A stretch of DNA of 64,000 nt from Ranitomeya imitator (GCF_032444005.1 NC_091291.1:139686001-139750000), one strand, 5' to 3'; counted from the stretch's first letter, positions 1 to 13,904 are shown. Numbers and translations: made by a program. The notes: generated from the letters alone by a model not told the origin.

Positions 1-75
1 GTGAAATCCACAAGTAACACGCGGATTCATGACCAATTCCGCAACGGAAATCTCCCGCTACGTGCGGAGGAGGCC
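1..75. mobile_element. Right end of a Harbinger-type MITE cut by the window edge
   Basis: ...ACGTGCGGAGGAGGCC|TTA terminus resembling the other MITE ends. Confidence 0.45.
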
Positions 76-389
76 TTATCTCATGGAATAATAATAAAAT
101 CAATCATTCGTCATTTCTGCCATGTGATTATAGAGGGGCTGATGGGTCCGGAGCAGACATTGTCGCCGCCGCCATCATCTCTGAGTATTCCAGGCTCATC
201 CTCCAGGGCTGCGGCCCATCATCTGCAGACAGGTTATGTAAGCCCGAGCCGCACACAGGCCGGGGCGGGGGGTTATATAATCACAGGGACACAATGTGCC
301 GGAGACACATCCAGACCACCACGCTTCCTTCCCCTGAGGCTCGGACAGGTCGGCACAGGATGGCACTGCTGGGCAGGTTACATAATACC

Positions 390-679
390 GCAGTCTGGCA
401 TCATCATATGCAGCCTGTGAGTGCAGCACCTTCACAGCAAGCTGGGACTTGTAGTTCTGCAAAAGATGGCACCAGACCAGGACAGCAAACAGTAAAGGAT
501 GCCACATAAAGGGTGCAGAGGATGCCATCACAATGATGCACCACATCAGTCACATCTGCATCAAGGAGCCCCCCACTCTCCTGTACCAGGGTCCGGGGCT
601 ATTTATTGCCTCTACACAGCTGGAATACCCCATCCCCGGCCAGCGAGGGGAGAGACAGCAGCACAAAAGCTTCCCAAAG
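390..679 (+). repeat. Dispersed repeat of about 290 bp, second copy at 62961-63266
   Basis: Direct, high-identity match GCAGTCTGGCATCATCATATGCA...CAAAAGCTT. Confidence 0.85.
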
Positions 680-1077
680 AGGAAAACGGATTGGTCAGAC
701 TGGATTTTACTGGCTGTTTAAAGGGGTGGTACAGGATTACAAAAATACAGCAGCCCCCCCCCCCCCCCCCCCCTCCAAAAACAGCACCATCCCTGCAGTA
801 GTTCCCTAAACTAACACTTTTAATAACACATACAACCTGTGGACTGGGGTGGCACTGTTTTAGGACAAAAAAACAAAATATAAAAATATTAAAAAAATAA
901 ATAAATAAAAAATTAATTGAAACTTGCAGGATAGTCAGAGGGGGCATGCAAACTTCAGTCGTAATCAGCTTTGGCCAAATTCAACCAATGATGCCATCAT
1001 GGAGGTGCGAGCTGTACGGCCATCACCCCTGCATGGGCCACACATCCCCACATCCCACCAGGGCTACACAGTAGGCA

Positions 1078-1646
1078 GATCCAAGGCCACCCATGATACA
1101 GATGAGCCAATACACTCTGATAAAGGTTTACACAGGAGGCAGATCCAAGGCCACCCATGGATACAGATGAGACAATTTACTCTGATAAAGGTTTACACAG
1201 GAGGCAGATCCAAGGCCACCCATGGATACAGATGAGACAATTTACTCTGATAAAGGTTTACACAGGAGGCAGATCCAAGGCCACCCATGGATACAGATGA
1301 GACAATTTACTCTGATAAAGGTTTACACAGGAGGCAGATCCAAGGCCACCCATGGATACAGATGAGACAATTTACTCTGATAAAGGTTTACACAGGAGGC
1401 AGATCCAAGGTCACCCATGGATACAGATGAGACAATTTACTCTGATAAAGGTTTACACAGGAGGCAGATCCAAGGTCACCCATGGATACAGATGAGACAA
1501 TTTACTCTGATAAAGGTTTACACAGGAGGCAGATCCAAGGTCACCCATGGATACAGATGAGACAATTTACTCTGATAAAGGTTTACACAGGAGGCAGATC
1601 CAAGGTCACCCATCCATACAGATGAGACAATTTACTCTGATAAAGG
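1078..1646 (+). repeat. 65-bp minisatellite, about 9 copies
   Basis: Unit GATCCAAGGCCACCCATGGATACAGATGAGACAATTTACTCTGATAAAGGTTTACACAGGAGGCA. Confidence 0.95.
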
Positions 1647-2653
1647 AGCAGATAATGTCAGACCCATTTCCAGGATAGGAAGCAGAGCAAAGACCAGATA
1701 GCAGGGCAATAACTGAGCAGTGTGGCACACAAAGGGTCACCAGGTGCAGCAAAGCCGGAAATTATACCGGAGTCACTGGAAAGTAAAACAAATGGGAAAA
1801 AGAAAAGCAACAAAAGTCACAGATGACAGAACCCCATGGGCACATGATCCCCAACTTGTGGCTGCAAAACTACAAATCCCAGCATGCAATATTTAAAACA
1901 CAGCTCGATAATTGACTTCAATACTTTGAAGAAAAAAAAAAAATCATTGCGCTCCCCGGATTGTGCTGCTCTTTTCTGCTTTGTGCTGCGTCGTTCCTTT
2001 GCAGAGATATTCACGTTTGTTGTGTTTTAGGCGCAGTATGTGAAATCTCTGCTTGTAGTTCAACAGGGTGTTTCTTCAGAGTCTTCCCTGAGGGGCATGC
2101 ACCAGCGAAAACCTCCCCCCCGTGCCGCTCAGTACCATGGTCACAGGATGCACGTCAAGGATTACAGGGGTCCTACAGCAGCTCCTGACTCTCCATACTT
2201 GTGGCCCCCAACTTGTGGCTCTGAGGAAGTTCCAGAACTCCAGGTGTCACCACAGATGTGCTGGGAGCTTTGGCTGTGACGACACCAGAGGGCCACAAAT
2301 ATGGAGAGCTGGAACCAGCTGTAGGACCCCTATGGTCTTAGTACGAGCACGGTAATAAGTGGCTGTGCTTAACCCTTCACTGGCCATTGACTTCCATGCA
2401 GCAAACCCATAATAACCAGAGAACAAACCGGTAACAAGATCCACACAGCACGCCCACGGAGGACACAGAGTAACAGAATATCAGCAGTGTCATACCCCAT
2501 GTTACACCCCACCAGGCCTTACTATGGCGGACCCCTCCCCCGGCCACGTGCCTCTAATCTGCGTGTGACCTCGTCAGGATCCAGCTTCCTTCCTGTCACC
2601 CTGGGACTGTCCTGATGGTAAAGAAGTGTGGAGGGGACAGCACCGAAGGGTTA

Positions 2654-2952
2654 GGGTATGTGCACACGTAGAGAGCTCCTCTGCGGATTTTTACTGCGGA
2701 TTTATCGCGTTTCCTATTGCGGATTTACCGCGGTTTTACATCTGCAGTTTTCTATTGGAGCAGGTGTAAAAACGCTGTGGATTCCGCACAAAGAATTGAC
2801 ATGCTGTGAAAAATAAAACGCTGCATTTCCGTGTGTTTATTTCGGCAGCATGTGCACAGCGTTTTTAGTTTCCCATAGGTTTACATTGTACTGTAAAGTC
2901 ATGGGAAACTGCTGCGGATCCGCAGCAAAATCCGCAACGTGTGCACAGAGCC
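2654..2952. mobile_element. PIF/Harbinger-type MITE
   Basis: GGGTATGTGCACACGT...ACGTGTGCACAGAGCC, TTA/TTA TSD. Confidence 0.82.
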
Positions 2953-3409
2953 TTAAACTCTAGAGCACATGAAGTGGGGGTACAGAGAAAACAGCAGCCG
3001 GCCCAATACGGCCATGTGGGGGCGCTATACCAGGAACTATTACATGGGAGTGCGCCGGCCAGAATACAGCAGACTCCTGTCACTATATTATATAATTACA
3101 CCCCAGATTATATCTACCGACACTGTATATACAGCACACACTGTATACAGATATCAGACACGGCCTGATATTACAGACCTCAGGAAATCACACTACAGAG
3201 CATTGTATCAGACGGCTCACACTTTATAACGATACATCACTTTATATTACACTATACAGCATATTATACAGATTTATAGACCACAAATTATTATATCATC
3301 TACCCAACACTATACAGGACATCATCCACTAATATATAGATTCCCCCCCCCCCCCCCCCCCCACATCACCTTATATTATACACACGATATCCGCTATGGA
3401 TTATTATAT

Positions 3410-3767
3410 AATAATAATATAATAATAATAATAATTTTATTTATATAGCGCCAACATATTCCGCAGCGCTTTACAAATTATAGAGGGGACTTGTACAGAC
3501 AATAAACATTACAGCATAACAGAAATACAGTTCAAAACAGATACCAGGAGGAGTGAGGGCCCTGCTCGCAAGCTTACAAACTATGGGGAAAAGGGGAGAC
3601 ACGAGAGGTGGATGGTAACAATTGCTTTAGTTATTCGGACCAGCTATAGTGTAAGGCTCAGGTGTTCATGTAAAGCTGCATGAACCAGTTACCTGCCTAA
3701 GTATGTAGCAGTACAGACACAGAGGGCTTAATACTGCATAAAGTGTATGAGAACATGATGCGAGGAA

Positions 3768-3802
<35 letters not shown>

Positions 3803-4797
3803 TATAAATAGGCCACACAGGGATCGTTAGGTTAATGCATTGAGGCGGTAGGCCAGTCTGAACAAATGAGTTTTTAGGGCACGCTTAAAACTGTGGGGAT
3901 TGGGGATTAATCGTATTAACCTAGGTAGTGCATTCCAAAGAATCGGCGCAGCACGTGTAAAGTCTTGGAGACGGGAGTGGGAGGTTCTGATTATTGAGGA
4001 TGCTAACCTGAGGTCATTAGCGGAGCGGAGGGCACGGGTAGGGTGGTAGACTGATACCAGGGAGGAGATGTAGGGTGGTGCTGAGCCATGGAGTGCTTTG
4101 TGGATGAGGGTAGTAGTTTTGTACTGGATTCTGGAGTGGATGGGTAGCCAGTGTAATGACTGGCACAGGGTAGAGGCATCGGTGTAACGGTTGGTGAGGA
4201 ATATGATCCTGGCTGCAGCATTCAGGACAGATTGGAGCGGGGAGAGTTTTGCAAGAGGGAGACCGATTAGTAGAGAGTTACAATAGTCCAGACGAGAATG
4301 AATAAGTGAAACAGTAAGAGTTTTTGCAGAGTCGAAATTAAGAAAAGGGCGAATTCTAGAAATGTTTTTGAGATGCAGGTAAGAAGAGCGAGCCAGTGAT
4401 CGGATGTAGGGGGTGAATGAAAGCTCGGAATCAAGGATGACCCCAAGGCAGCGGGCATGTTGCTTTGGAGTAATGGTGGAACCGCACACGGAGATGGCAA
4501 TGTCAGGCAAAGGTAGGTTAGTAGAGGGAGAGAACACGAGGAGTTCAGTTTTTGACAGGTTTAGTTTCAGATAGAGGGAGGACATGATGTTAGAGACAGC
4601 GGTAAGACAATCACTGGTGTTTTCTAAAAAGGTCGGTGTGATATCGGGAGCAGAAGTGTATAATTGGGTGTCGTCAGCATAGAGATGGTACTGGAAACCA
4701 AATCTACTGATTGTTTGTCCAATAGGGGCAGTATACAACGAGAAGAGTAGGGGGCCTAGGACTGATCCTTGAGGAACCCCAACAGTAAGGGGAAGGT
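3410..4797 (-). mobile_element. 5'-truncated L2/CR1-clade LINE (RT C-terminal part plus 3' UTR)
   Basis: Open frame with [10 protein letters not shown] and [11 protein letters not shown] motifs to the stop at 3827, internal poly(A), (TTA)n tail at about 3410-3435. Confidence 0.92.
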
Positions 4798-5127
4798 GAT
4801 ATATATACTATATATCACTGTATACAGTGCTATATACCGTACATACACAGTACATTAGGACATCACCCAATATATGTTATACACACAGTGCGTCAGGTTA
4901 TATATAGGAGCTTCTCATAAAACTCGAAGATCATCAAAAAGTGGATTTATTTCAGTTGTTCAGTAAAACTCATTCTATAGAGTCATTACACACAGTGATC
5001 TATTCCACGTGTTCATTCCTGTTGATGATTACAGCCAATGAAAACCCAAAAGTCATTGTCTCAGTAAATTAGAATAATTAACAAAAAACACCTACAAAGG
5101 CTCCTAAGCGTTGATAAAGGTCCCTTA

Positions 5128-5466
5128 GGGTGTGTGTCCACGGGCCGTTTTACATCCGGACTAGCTGTGGATTGAACGCTGTGTCCAGATGTTACAGCAC
5201 AGTGGAGGATTTCATGAAATCCTGTGTCCACTATGCGTGGGAACACGCATCCGGCGGCCCTGCGATTCCGGACATGCGGTGCGTCTTTTTAGATCGCAGC
5301 ATGTCTGTTTACCTTGTGGCGACACTTTGCTGCTGCAAGGTAAAACACAGGGCCCTACGTGTGGGGTGCTATGAACACATCCGGCATCAACCCGTCTCCA
5401 GAAGGGGCGGAGCGAGTTTTCCGCTCCGTCCAAAGCGCCGGCCATCCTGAACGTGGACACGTATCC
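5128..5466. mobile_element. PIF/Harbinger-type MITE nested in Tc1
   Basis: GGGTGTGTGTCCAC...GTGGACACGTATCC termini, TTA/TTA target duplication. Confidence 0.8.
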
Positions 5467-5552
5467 TTAGTCTGTTTCAGTAGCTCCACAATCATGGGGA
5501 AGACTGACTGACAGAAGGTGTCACTGACACTCCACAAGGAAAATACATTTTA

Positions 5553-6019
5553 GGCCGGCGTCACACTAGCGTATTGCATCCGATGCGAGAGCGTCGGATG
5601 CAATATGCTAATGACACTCGGCTCCTGCTCGCAGCAGAACAGGAGCTGAGTGTCATGCGTCTGTGCTCCGATTCTCTCGCACAGGGAGGATCGGAGCACA
5701 GCTGCGGAGGAGGCGGAGAAATGAATTTCTCCATCTCCTCCATTGCTGGGGTCCGCTTATAGCGCACATCACTCGGATGATATCCGAGTGATGTGCGCTG
5801 TCTCACTCGCACCCATAGGCTTATATGGGTGCGAGTGAGCCGAGAGTTTTCCTCGGTCCGAGACAATCGCAGCATGCTGCGATTGTCTCGGACCGAGGAA
5901 AACGGCCAACAAAAAGTTGGCTGCTGGGAGCGGCCCCATATGTTAACATTGGTCCGAGTGCAATGCGATTTTTTATCGCATTGCACTTGGCCGTTTTAAA
6001 CACCAGTGTGACGCCGGCC
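5553..6019. mobile_element. PIF/Harbinger-type MITE nested in Tc1
   Basis: Perfect TIR GGCCGGCGTCACACT, TTA/TTA TSD, same family as 24287-24725. Confidence 0.88.
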
Positions 6020-6789
6020 TTACATTTCACTTGGAAATCACAGTCCCAGAGTCTGGAGGAAGAGTGGAGGCCACAATCCGAGCTGCTGGAGGTCTGGTGT
6101 GAAGTCTCCACAATCAGTGATGGTTTGGGGGCCATGTCATCTGCTGGTGTAGGTCCACTGTGTGTTATCAAGACCAAAGTCAGCGCAGCCATCTACCAGG
6201 ACATTGTAGAGCACTTCATGCTTCCCTCTGCCGACAAGCTTTTTGGAGATGGAAATGTCATTCTCCAGCAGGACTTGGCCCCTGTCCACACGGCCAAAAG
6301 TACCAATACCTGGTTTACATACAACAGTATCACTGTGCGTGATTGGCAGCAAACTCGCCTGACCTTAACCCCATAGAGAATCTATGGAGTATTGTCAAGA
6401 GGAAGATGAGACACCAGACCCAACAATGCAGACGAGCTGAAGGCTGCTATCAAAGCAACCTGGGCTTCCATAACCCCTCAGCAGCGCCACAGGCTGATCG
6501 CCTCCATGTCACGCCGCATTGATGCAGTAATTGAGGCAAAAGGGGCCGAGACCAAGTATTGAGCACATTTACTGAACATACATTTCAGTAGGGAACATTT
6601 TGGATTTTACAATAATTTTTCAAGCTGGTGTTATAAAGTATTCTAATTTACTGAGATAATGACTTTTGGGTTTCCATTGGCTGTAAGCCATAATCATCAA
6701 CATAAACACGCGATATACATCACTCTGTGTAATGACTCTATAATATAGGAGGTTCTGATTTAGTGACATGCACCTGTATATAATATTAC

Positions 6790-7300
6790 AGAGCAGTGAC
6801 GTCACTGTGGAGTATTACATCATTATTACATCACATCCCCCCGCGGTCCGCGCACGGTCTCGGGGTCGCCTCCTCCTTATCTCACTCCCTCCCGCACGTT
6901 ATGCGCCTGTGCCCTGCTGTGGAACTACTAGTCCCAGGAGACACCGGCCCTGCTGGGAGTTGTAGTCCCCGTGAAGTCACGTCCCGTCCTCTTACCCCCC
7001 GGCCAGGAGGTGCAGAGCCGTGTCCTTGCTCTGAGCCATGTCCCCGGTCGCTGCACGGTTGGGGGCGGCAGTGTCCGCTCAGCCGCTCATCCCCCGCTCG
7101 CTCTCCGCTCTGTGTCCCGGATGGCCGCCGGTAAGAGCCGGTTTTCTCCTCACAGCCGGCTGCTGATATGACGTTGCCGTCTCGGGGGCGGGGCAGAGGT
7201 GTGCGGGCCGTGACGTAGCCTGGGGGCGTGTCCACTGGAATGCGGGAGACTCGGGGGGCGCGGCGGGGGCGTTGTCCGTGACGTCACGCAGAGGATTGCA
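6790..7300. promoter_or_regulatory. CpG-island promoter of an unidentified transcription unit
   Basis: CRE palindromes TGACGTCA at about 6797 and 7279, two inverted ZNF143/Staf-like motifs (6923-6937, 6951-6968), GC boxes, ATGGCCGCC followed by donor CG|GTAAGA at 7131. Confidence 0.7.
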
Positions 7301-7644
7301 GAAGTTTACACCATCCTGGAAGAGGGGAGATCACATGATGAGGAGATGGGGGCGGGGAGGACGGAGCTGCCTGCGGCCATGTGCCGGCACCTGTCTGCTC
7401 TGTCCGTCCATCCAGCCAGCGATCCATCTCATTCATTTTAATAGACTTTCCCTATGTTATGTGATATCTTATCACATCAGTATGACACCAGTATGACATC
7501 AGTGTCACACCAGTATGACACCAGTATGACATCAGTATCACATCAGTATCACATCAGTATCACATCAGTATCACATCAGCCCTGGAGGGTACACGGCCAC
7601 AGGTATCGGTGCAGCAGGCAGAAGTACGGGGGACCGGACATAGA

Positions 7645-8300
7645 CAGGAGACCACAGGGAACAGGTAGCAGAGGTCCTGGAAGACCGGAAACAGGTAGCA
7701 GAGGTCCTGGAAGACCGGAAACAGGTATCAGAGGTCCTGGAAGAATGGGAACAGGTAGCAGAGGTCCTGGAAGATGGGGAACAGGTAGCAGAGGTCCTGG
7801 AAGATGGGGAACAGGTAGCAGAGGTCCCTAGATGGGGAACAGGCACCAGGGGTCCTGAACAATGGGGAACAGGTAGCAGAGGTCCTGGAAGATGGGGAAC
7901 AGGTAGCAGAGGTCCTGATAGATGGGGAACAGGTATCAGAGGTCCTGGAAGATGGGGAACAGGTAGCAGAGGTCCTGGAAGATGGGGAACAGGTAGCAGA
8001 GGTCCCTAGATGGGGAACAGGCACCAGGGGTCCTGATAGATGGGGAACAGGTAGCAGAGGTCCTGGAAGATGGGGAACAGGTAGCAGAGGTCCTGATAGA
8101 TGGGGAACAGGTATCAGAGGTCCTGGAAGATGGGGAACAGGTAGCAGAGGTCCTGGAAGATGGGGAACAGGTAGCAGAGGTCCCTAGATGGGGAACAGGC
8201 ACCAGGGGTCCTGATAGATGGGGAACAGGTAGCAGAGGTCCTGGAAGATGGGGAACAGGTAGCAGAGGTCCTGGAAGACGAACAGATAGCAGAGGTCCTA
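7645..8300 (+). repeat. 30-bp minisatellite with a 178-bp higher-order period
   Basis: Unit GATGGGGAACAGGTAGCAGAGGTCCTGGAA. Confidence 0.95.
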
Positions 8301-9441
8301 ACCTTCTTTAGGACCCTTGTTAGTATTTTAGGGGGTAACACTGGTTGTCAATTTATTCACATAATTCCAGGGGGAATAACAGAGGGCGGCACACTGCGGC
8401 GTTGTTCCACAACTATGTGATGGTGAATGCTCGTACGAGTCATTTTCCTCAATTACACAACAGTCATTATGTTCCTGGAAATCAGCGTGAAGAGGAAGCA
8501 CATGTCACAAGATCCGTCTGTTCTCTGCTTTCCCCCTGAGGACTAAGGGCCCCTCATTCTCAGCATCAGTGGGGGCCACAGGGGTTGTAGCCCACCTAAC
8601 TTTTCCTACCTATAGTTATTGGGAAATCCCTGCTCTTGACCCGTTCACCCTTGTTTTTGCCTGGTTGCCCCATTTTGCCAGTCTGCTGTAAATCCTACAA
8701 TTATGACAAAGACCACCGCAACGAAAAGTTGTGACATGGATCAATACTTCTTGTGCAATCTGCACCCATCGTGATGTAGGGACTTCGGACAATGTGTTGC
8801 GCCAACTTCTAAAGTCAACTGCACAATGGCACCGCTCCCAAAAGAAAGCATTGATCAGCACGAGGCCAAGAAGAGTCACAAGGTGACAATGACCAGGATC
8901 CAGGAGACGATAAAAGCCCCCCAAATGGCGCCAGAATCGTAGGGCCAAGAAAAATGATGGCACAATGAATATCAGGTCCAGAGATAATCTGGAAAGCTCC
9001 AAAGTGGTAAGAGGTCCAGAAGCTGAGATTTAGGGTGCTGTATGCAGGGTCCTGGCACGGAATCCGTGATAAACCATTAAAGGGACATCCCACCCAAAAA
9101 CACAGATAGAAGAGAGGACCCCGTCTGCTCAGCCACTGCTATACTATATGCTGAAACCTAATCAGTCTGAATCTGCTCAATCTGAACGCCCTGAAGGCTG
9201 AAAATCTAAAATTAGAGACCTGTGACATGAAGCCGCCGCACCCTGCTGTCTGTATGGGGAAAACTGTAAACGGATATTCAAAGACAAAAACAGGTTCTAT
9301 AGGGCAAAAGACAAAATAATAACAAATAATACCACCCTGTCATACCGCTCCGAGTGCCGCTTCCCTGCTGGACGGTCAGATTTTCTGGATTATCGGATTA
9401 ATGTGTATTGTGATACATGGAGATCTGCGCATTGTCTATTA

Positions 9442-9652
9442 GGCCACGGTCACACTAGCAGTATTTGGTCAGTATTTTACATCAGTATTTGTAGCCCAAT
9501 CCAGGAGTGGGTAATAAATGCAGAAGTGGTGCATATTATTATTATTTATACATATGTTTCTATTATACTTTTCCTCTAATTGTTCCTCTCATGGTTTTGG
9601 CTACAAATACTGATGTAAAATACTGACCACATACTGATAGTGTGACCGGAGC
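9442..9652. mobile_element. PIF/Harbinger-type MITE
   Basis: TTA|GGCCACGGTCACACT...AGTGTGACCGGAGC, with internal inverted CAGTATTTTACATCAGT. Confidence 0.7.
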
Positions 9653-9994
9653 TTTATACGACATTTACGTTTTTCTTCCGTTTTCTCCTTTCTCCCTTGA
9701 GAGCCGATCTGTGGAGGAACACGACACACGGAGAAGACGAGGAATGTCAGCGTGAGTCCTATGGGGGTATATATAGAAGAAGCGTGTGAGACGCAGAGGG
9801 GCCACGTGTGTCGCTGATAGAGGCATGTGCACCGTCGCCAGCAATAAACCCACCCTGAGAAGCGGGAGAGAGGGACGCAAACTGCGCAAGATTCATTACA
9901 CGCTGAGCCACATCCCCTACACAGTCCTATACATGCCCCACACAGGAGGGGAGCCCAAAAGTGTTACCACAATGAGAACGGCTTCATGGCCCCA

Positions 9995-11740
9995 AAGTAT
10001 CATGCCTACAGCCCCCCACACACAGTATGATGCCCCTACAGCCCCCCACACACAGTATGATGCCCCTACAGCCCCCACACACAGTATGATGTCCCCTGAG
10101 CCCCCCACACACAGTATGATGCCCCTACAGCCCCACACACAGTATGATGCCCCTACAGCCCCCCACACACAGTATGATGCCCCTACAGCCCCCCCCACAC
10201 ACAGTATGATGTCCCCTGAGCCCCCCACACACAGTATGATGCCCCTACAGCCCCCCACACAGTATGATGTCCCTACAGCCCCCCACACACAGTATGATGT
10301 CCCTACAGCCCCCCACACACAGTATGATGTCCCTACAGCCCCCCCACACACAGTATGATGCTCCTACAGCCCCCCCCCCACAGTATGATGTCCCTACAGC
10401 CCCCCCACACACAGTATGATGTCCCTACAGCCCCCCCACACACAGTATGATGCCCCTACAGCCCCCCCCCCCACACAGTATGATGCCCCTACAGCCCCCC
10501 CCCCACAGTATGATGCCCCTACAGCCCCCCACACACAGTATGATGTCCCTACAGCCCCCCACACAGTACGATGTCCCTACAGCCCCCCCACACACAGTAT
10601 GATGCTCCTACAGCCCCCCCCCACAGTATGATGTCTCCACAGCCCCTCACACACAGTATGATGCCCCTACAGCCCCCCACACACAGTATGATGCCCCTAC
10701 AGCCTCCCACACACAGTATGATGCCGCTACAGCCCCCCACACACAGTATGATGCCCCTACAGCCCCCACACACAGTATGATGCCCCTACAGCCCCCACAC
10801 ACAGTATGATGCCCCTACAGCCCCCCACACACAGTATGATGCCACTACAGCCCCCCACACAAAGTATGATACCCCTACAGCCCCCACACACAGTATGATG
10901 CCCCTACAGCCCCCACACACAGTATGATACCCCTACAGCCCCCACACACAGTATGATGCCACTACAGCCCCCCACACAAAGTATGATACCCCTACAGCCC
11001 CCACACACAGTATGATGCCCCTACAGCCCCCCACACACAGTATGATGCCACTACAGCCCCCCACACAAAGTATGATACCCCTACAGCCCCCACACACAGT
11101 ATGATGCCCCTACAGCCCCCCACACACAGTATGATACCCCTACAGCCCCCACACACAGTATGATGCCACTACAGCCCCCCACACAAAGTATGATACCCCT
11201 ACAGCCCCCACACACAGTATGATTCCCCTACAGCCCCCCACACACAGTATGATGCCCCTACAGCCCCCACACACAGTATGATGCCCCTACAGCCCCTCAC
11301 ACACACAGTAGGATGCCCCTACAGCCCCCCACACACAGTATGATTCCCCTACAGCCCCCCACACACAGTATGATGCCCCTACAGCCCCCACACACAGTAT
11401 GATGCCCCTACAGCCCCCCACACACAGTATGATTCCCCTACAGCCCCCCACACACAGTATGATTCCCCTACAGCCCCCACACACAGTATGATGCCCCTAC
11501 AGCCCCCACACACAGTGTGATGCCCCTACAGCCCCCCCACACAGTATGATGCCCCTACAGCCTCCCACACAGTATGATGCCGCTACAGCCCCCCACACAA
11601 ACTATGATGCCCCTACAGCCCCCACACACAGTATGATGCCCCTACAGCCCCCACACACAGTATGATGCCCATACAGCACCCCACACACAGTATGATGTCC
11701 CCACAGCCCCCATACAGAGTATTATGCTCCCCACACACAG
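9995..11740 (+). repeat. Minisatellite of about 27-29 bp
   Basis: Unit CACACAGTATGATGCCCCTACAGCCCCC. Confidence 0.95.
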
Positions 11741-11880
11741 GAGTCCTGACATCATGAGTTTATGTAACTTTGTATTTTATTTCCTCATCTATTTGTAAGA
11801 TCTCTGCTTGATGTCAGTGAATACACTGTGATGGGATTGTCATTGATGCCTCCGTCGTCTCATTAGTGCCTGTGTCCCAG

Positions 11881-12306
11881 ATCTGGGCTCACTCCGTTAT
11901 TGATCCGTTGTCGGTTTTCTCACCGTCATCCGTCCATATCTGGACGCTGTTTACCTGCGGATCGGTGTTTTTTGACCCAATGTTCCCTCCGTCCTTGTGA
12001 GAGTGGCCGGGGACATCGTACACAAAGAGCAAAAACAGCTGAATATTGTGTCCCGACCCTGCAGCGCTACAAACAAGTCTGCCCCCGACCCGCCGCTCAC
12101 TATTGGCGGAGCCGCCGCACACCTCCGGCTATAACCCTGCAGAGGAGCGACGGAAACAACGGCCACCACCGCCCGCACCCCGTATCCAAGCTCTGCAGCG
12201 TCTGCCGTCCGGGGTGTAGACAGGAATCCACCATTAGGTTTGCATCGGTCACCCCATCCTCCGCCGCCAAAAACAAAGCGGGAAATAACCGGCAGATTCA
12301 GCTGTG
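11881..12306 (+). other. Candidate 426-nt internal exon of an unidentified transcript
   Basis: CpG-rich unique island bounded by tgtcccag| and TG|GTAAAT. One frame is open throughout. No recognisable homology. Confidence 0.5.
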
Positions 12307-12317
12307 GTAAATATGCA

Positions 12318-13763
12318 ATACTGCAGAACATCGCTCTTCACACTGCAGAGCATCGCTCCGTCACACTGCAGAACATCGCTCCGTCACACTGCAGAACATC
12401 GCTCCTCACACTGCAGAACATCGCTCCTCACACTGCAGAACATCGCTCCGCCACACTGCAGAACATCGCTCCGTCACACTGCAGAACATCGCTCCGTCAC
12501 ACTGCAGAACATCGCTCCGTCACACTGCAGAACATCGCTCCATCACACCGCAGAACATCGCTCCTCACACTGCAGAACATCGCTTCTCACAGTGCAGAAC
12601 ATCGCTCCTCACAACGCAGAACATCGCTCATCACACCGCAGAACATCGCTCCTCACACTGCAGAACATGCTCCGTCACACCGCAGATTCATCGCTCATCA
12701 CATTGCAGAACATCGCTCATCACACCGCAGAACATCGCTCCTTCACTGCAGAACATTGCTCCGTCACACCGCAGAACATCGCTCCTCACACCGCAGAACA
12801 TCGCTCCGTCACACCGCAGAACATTGCTCCTCACACTGCAGAACATCGCTCCTCACACCACAGAACATCACCCCATCACTGCAGAACATCACTCCTCACA
12901 CCGCAGAACATTGCTCCTTCACTGCAGAACATTGCTCCTCACAGTGCAGACCATCGCTCCGTCGCACCGCAGAACATCGCTCCATCACTGCAGAACATCG
13001 CGCCATCACTACAGAACATCGCTCCTCACAGTGCAGAACATTGCACCTCACACCGCAGAACATCGCTCATCACATTGCAGAACATCGTTCATCACACCGC
13101 AGAACATCACCCCATCACTGCAGAACATCGCTCCGTCACACCGCAGAACATCGCTCCATCACTGCAGAACATCGCTCCTCATACCGCAGAACATCGCTCA
13201 TCACATTGCAGAACATCGCTCATCACACCGCAGAACATTGCTCCGTCACACCGCAGAACATCGCTCATCACAGTGCAGAACATTGCTCCTCACACCGCAG
13301 AACATCGCTCCTCAGTGCAGAACATCGCTCCATCATACTACAGAACATCGCTCTGTCATACAGCAGAGTATCGTCCCATCACACTGCAGAACATCGCTCC
13401 GTCACACCGCAGAACATCGCTCCTTCACTGCAGAACATTGCTCCGTCACACCGCAGAACATCGCTCCTCACACCGCAGAACATCGCTCCTCACAGTGCAG
13501 AACATCGCTCCGTCACTGCAGAACATCGCTCCATCATACTACAGAACATCGCTCCATCATACAGCAGAGTATCGTCCCATCACACTGCAGAACATCGCTC
13601 CGTCACACCGCAGAACATTGCTCCATCATACTACAGAACATCGCTCTGTCATACAGCAGAGTATCGTCCCATCACACTGCAGAACATCGCTCCGTCACAC
13701 TGCAGAACATCGTCCCATCATACCGCGCAACATTGCTTTGCCACACTGCAGAACATCGCTCTG
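12318..13763 (+). repeat. 23-bp minisatellite (family A), left part
   Basis: Unit CACACTGCAGAACATCGCTCCGT, stop-free in all three + frames. Confidence 0.95.
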
Positions 13764-13904
13764 TGTAGAATCTGCTGAGTTTCGGGGTGCCAGTTAATAC
13801 TAATTAACAAGAACTACTGGATCTTAAAAAGGGGTTTATTACAAACAAGGTATTTACAATGACATACATAAGGGAAGTCTAACTAAGGGACAAGGGTACA
13901 ATGA

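Larger units (their letters stand above)
4905..6776 (+). mobile_element. Degenerate, internally deleted Tc1 transposon carrying two nested MITEs
   Basis: Inverted terminal similarity (4976-5075 vs 6641-6745), end ...GCACCTG|TA, transposase remnant [39 protein letters not shown] with a frameshift. Confidence 0.88.

Noticed and set aside
110-232. Possible minus-strand terminal exon (DGPQPWRMSLEYSEMM...)
   Set aside because: Only an acceptor-like site and a short frame, with no homology or supporting upstream exons
2166-2331. Inverted repeat AGGGGTCCTACAGC...GCTGTAGGACCCCT as an RNA gene
   Set aside because: Resembles a small hAT-type remnant, with no matching TSD or RNA-family features
11883-12050. 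Faint resemblance of LDAVYLR / QKQLNIV to PLOD1 (LDEVVLK / KLQLNYL)
   Set aside because: Spacing and exon structure do not fit, and stops are present, so treated as chance
12240-13797. 512-, 497- and 314-aa ORFs (likewise 19256-20464 and 57147-59016)
   Set aside because: The 23-bp unit has no stop codon in any + frame and cycles the same three peptides (TLQNIAPS/HCRTSLR/HTAEHRSV), so these are repeat artefacts
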